A DNA stretch of 64,000 nt from assembly GCA_041891055.1 (NCBI GenBank), contig CP169074.1, forward strand, positions 1,472,001 through 1,536,000. Direction: 5' to 3'. Positions 62,182 through 64,000 of the stretch are shown here, piece by piece. Made by a program: the position numbers and the translations under genes. Positions within the stretch are counted from its first letter, which is position 1; each line of letters opens with the position of its first letter. Origin of the DNA: Halorutilales archaeon Cl-col2-1 (lineage in GTDB: Archaea > Halobacteriota > Halobacteria > Halobacteriales > Afararchaeaceae). The notes below the pieces were generated by a model. That model was not told the DNA's origin. It saw only the letters and a program-made list of their open reading frames with translations, and ran no database searches.

Positions 62182-62792
62182 AGCTCCGACTCTATCGCCG
62201 ACGCTAATCCCTCACTCACTTGCTCACCGTTGACGAAGACGGCAGGAGTCCCCGATACACCTCTGTCGGATCCACTCTTTCTGTCGGCGTTGACCTCGGG
62301 TAGATACTTCTCGTCCTCTACTGCGGATCTGACCTCCGAGCCGTCGACACCGACCTCGTCCGCCGCAGTCTCTATGTACTCCATCGACATATTCCCCTGA
62401 CGTGCGAAGATCCTGTCGACGTACTCCCAGTAGGCGTCGTCGCCTCCGAGTACATAGACCGCCTCGCCTGCTATCGCGGTCGTCTGTGACCAGTCGTCGA
62501 CAGGCACGGGAAAGTTGCGGTGGACGAACTTCACATCGCCCGTCTCTATGTAACGGCTTTCGAGAGCGGGCATCGTCTCGTCGTGGAAGCTACGGCAGTG
62601 GGAACACGAGAAGTCGAAGTACTCTGTGACAGTCACGGACGCGTTCTCGTCGCCCTTCATAGGCTCACCCTCGACCGAAGACTCCGCCGTCGTTTCGCCT
62701 CCTCCCCCCAGACAGCCTGCGGTCGCCGAAGAGACAGCTGCCAGAGACGTTACTACGAAACTGCGTCTCGTTAACCCCTTGTGATTGTCCAT
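62178..62792 (-). CDS. DsbA/thioredoxin-fold Tat lipoprotein
   Basis: TRRSFV twin-arginine signal, TAGC lipobox, DFSCSHC active site, GVSGTP. Confidence 0.85.
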   Translation of the reverse strand: MDNHKGLTRRSFVVTSLAAVSSATAGCLGGGGETTAESSVEGEPMKGDENASVTVTEYFDFSCSHCRSFHDETMPALESRYIETGDVKFVHRNFPVPVDDWSQTTAIAGEAVYVLGGDDAYWEYVDRIFARQGNMSMEYIETAADEVGVDGSEVRSAVEDEKYLPEVNADRKSGSDRGVSGTPAVFVNGEQVSEGLASAIESEL

Positions 62793-62846
62793 CTATATCA
62801 CACAAGCCTATCAGACCCGTGAGTATAAGACTGACGCTCACCTGAA

Positions 62847-63488
62847 TCAGAAGTCGTCTATCCCCGACTGCTTCGCCTCGTCGAGTATACGTTCGGCTGT
62901 GCTCCAAGACTCACGCGCGAAACCCGGAAGACTACGGTTCTCCTCGACGTACTCCCTCAGGTACTCGATCGTCTTCGAGTCCGACGGATAACCGCTTCCG
63001 ACGTCCCCGAGACTCTCGATATGTGAGTCACGTTCGACCTTCGCTATAACAGACGCTCCCGCGACGGCGTCGTAGCTCTCGTCCGCGCCGTGTTCGGCTG
63101 TGACTTCATAGCCAGTTTCCTCGGAGACACGTCTCCCGAACCTCTCCGCCGACGTGTCGCTCGCGTCGACGACTATCTTCTCGTCCCCGTCGGGATCTAA
63201 GCGACGTACAGCCTCCGACTGTGCCTCTACGACGAGACGGTTCATACCTCCTTCGTCGACGTACTCGTCTATCTCCTGAGGCGTTACCTCTACGACTGAG
63301 TAGTCGTACTCGGTCAGTCTACCGTATATCTCGCGTCTCCTCGGTTCTGAGAGCTTCTTAGAGTCACGAACCTCGAAGTCGAAACCGTCTCCGGGCGTCC
63401 TGACTCCGGCGACGAACATGCTGCCCAAGACGGGTCCCTTGCCTGCCTCGTCGACTCCTATCACGTTACTTGGCTCGTCGTCGGACAT
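62847..63488 (-). CDS. rnhB: Ribonuclease HII
   Basis: GVDEAGKGPVLG, DSKKL, VDA, ASVIAKVERD, GSGYPSD. Confidence 0.95.
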   Translation of the reverse strand: MSDDEPSNVIGVDEAGKGPVLGSMFVAGVRTPGDGFDFEVRDSKKLSEPRRREIYGRLTEYDYSVVEVTPQEIDEYVDEGGMNRLVVEAQSEAVRRLDPDGDEKIVVDASDTSAERFGRRVSEETGYEVTAEHGADESYDAVAGASVIAKVERDSHIESLGDVGSGYPSDSKTIEYLREYVEENRSLPGFARESWSTAERILDEAKQSGIDDF

Positions 63489-63559
63489 AATATATCTGCC
63501 GAGGTCGGGTCGGAACCGCCAAAAACAACTAATATACCTCTCCGACACCCACTCCCTGT

Positions 63560-64000
63560 ATGTCGACACTCGAATCAGATATCAACGAGGCGTGGGACGA
63601 AGACGAAGCCGACACCGACCTACTCGACGACTTCCTGGACGCCCTAAACCGCGGCGAGGTTAGAGCGGCGGAGAAGGTCGACGGCGACTGGGTCGCCAAC
63701 GAGTGGGTCAAGAAGGGCATACTCCTCAACTTCTCGGAGCGCGACAACAGGGAGTTGGAGTACGGCGACGTCACCTACCACGACAAGTTCGAGCTAAAGG
63801 ACACCTCGGAGTTCCTCGAAAAGGGCACGAGAAACACCCCCGACGGTACAGTGGTGAGGGACGGTGCCTACGTCGGCGACTCTGTCATAATGATGTCGCC
63901 GAGCTTCGTCAACGTCGGCGCACACGTCGGTGACGGAACCCTCGTAGACTCGTGTGACACCGTGGGGTCGTGTGCACAGATAGGCGACAACGTCAAGATA
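63560..64000 (+). CDS. dapD: Tetrahydrodipicolinate N-succinyltransferase (partial, runs off the window)
   Basis: My translation from ATG 63560: ...GEVRAAEK..W.ANEWVKKGILLNF...PSFVNVGAHVGDGTLVDSCDTVGSCAQIG; absent from the ORF track because it has no stop in the window. Confidence 0.9.
   Translation, partial: MSTLESDINEAWDEDEADTDLLDDFLDALNRGEVRAAEKVDGDWVANEWVKKGILLNFSERDNRELEYGDVTYHDKFELKDTSEFLEKGTRNTPDGTVVRDGAYVGDSVIMMSPSFVNVGAHVGDGTLVDSCDTVGSCAQIGDNVKI

Overview
Compact, gene-dense chromosomal window from an extremely halophilic archaeon (acidic proteome, haloarchaeal gene orders). Heavy ATA-Ile and AGA/AGG/CGT-Arg use plus a class V FBP aldolase/phosphatase suggest a deep-branching Halobacteria lineage (Halorutilales-like; inference). 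It holds the main replication origin (oapCBA - oriC with ORBs - orc1/cdc6 - sec11 - polD small subunit) and many housekeeping genes (trpCBA plus a second trpB, pdxST, hisE, nadAB, mutSL, proS, lysS, pyrC, pyrH, radA, secFD, rnhB, partial dapD). Accessory features are a divergent C5-MTase / HhH-fused type II restriction pair and an HTH + Acr3-like operon with a palindromic operator candidate. The most unusual stretch is 37306-37994, a protein-free IS200/IS605-type element on the minus strand. Both ends obey the IS608 guide/cleavage pairing rules, it keeps a TnpB omegaRNA-like scaffold behind a putative promoter, and it carries about 15 short triloop hairpins (ATC-NNN-GAT core), most packed inside the loops of its terminal hairpins. 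No rRNA, tRNA or CRISPR array was seen. All family calls come from motif recognition by eye, not database searches.
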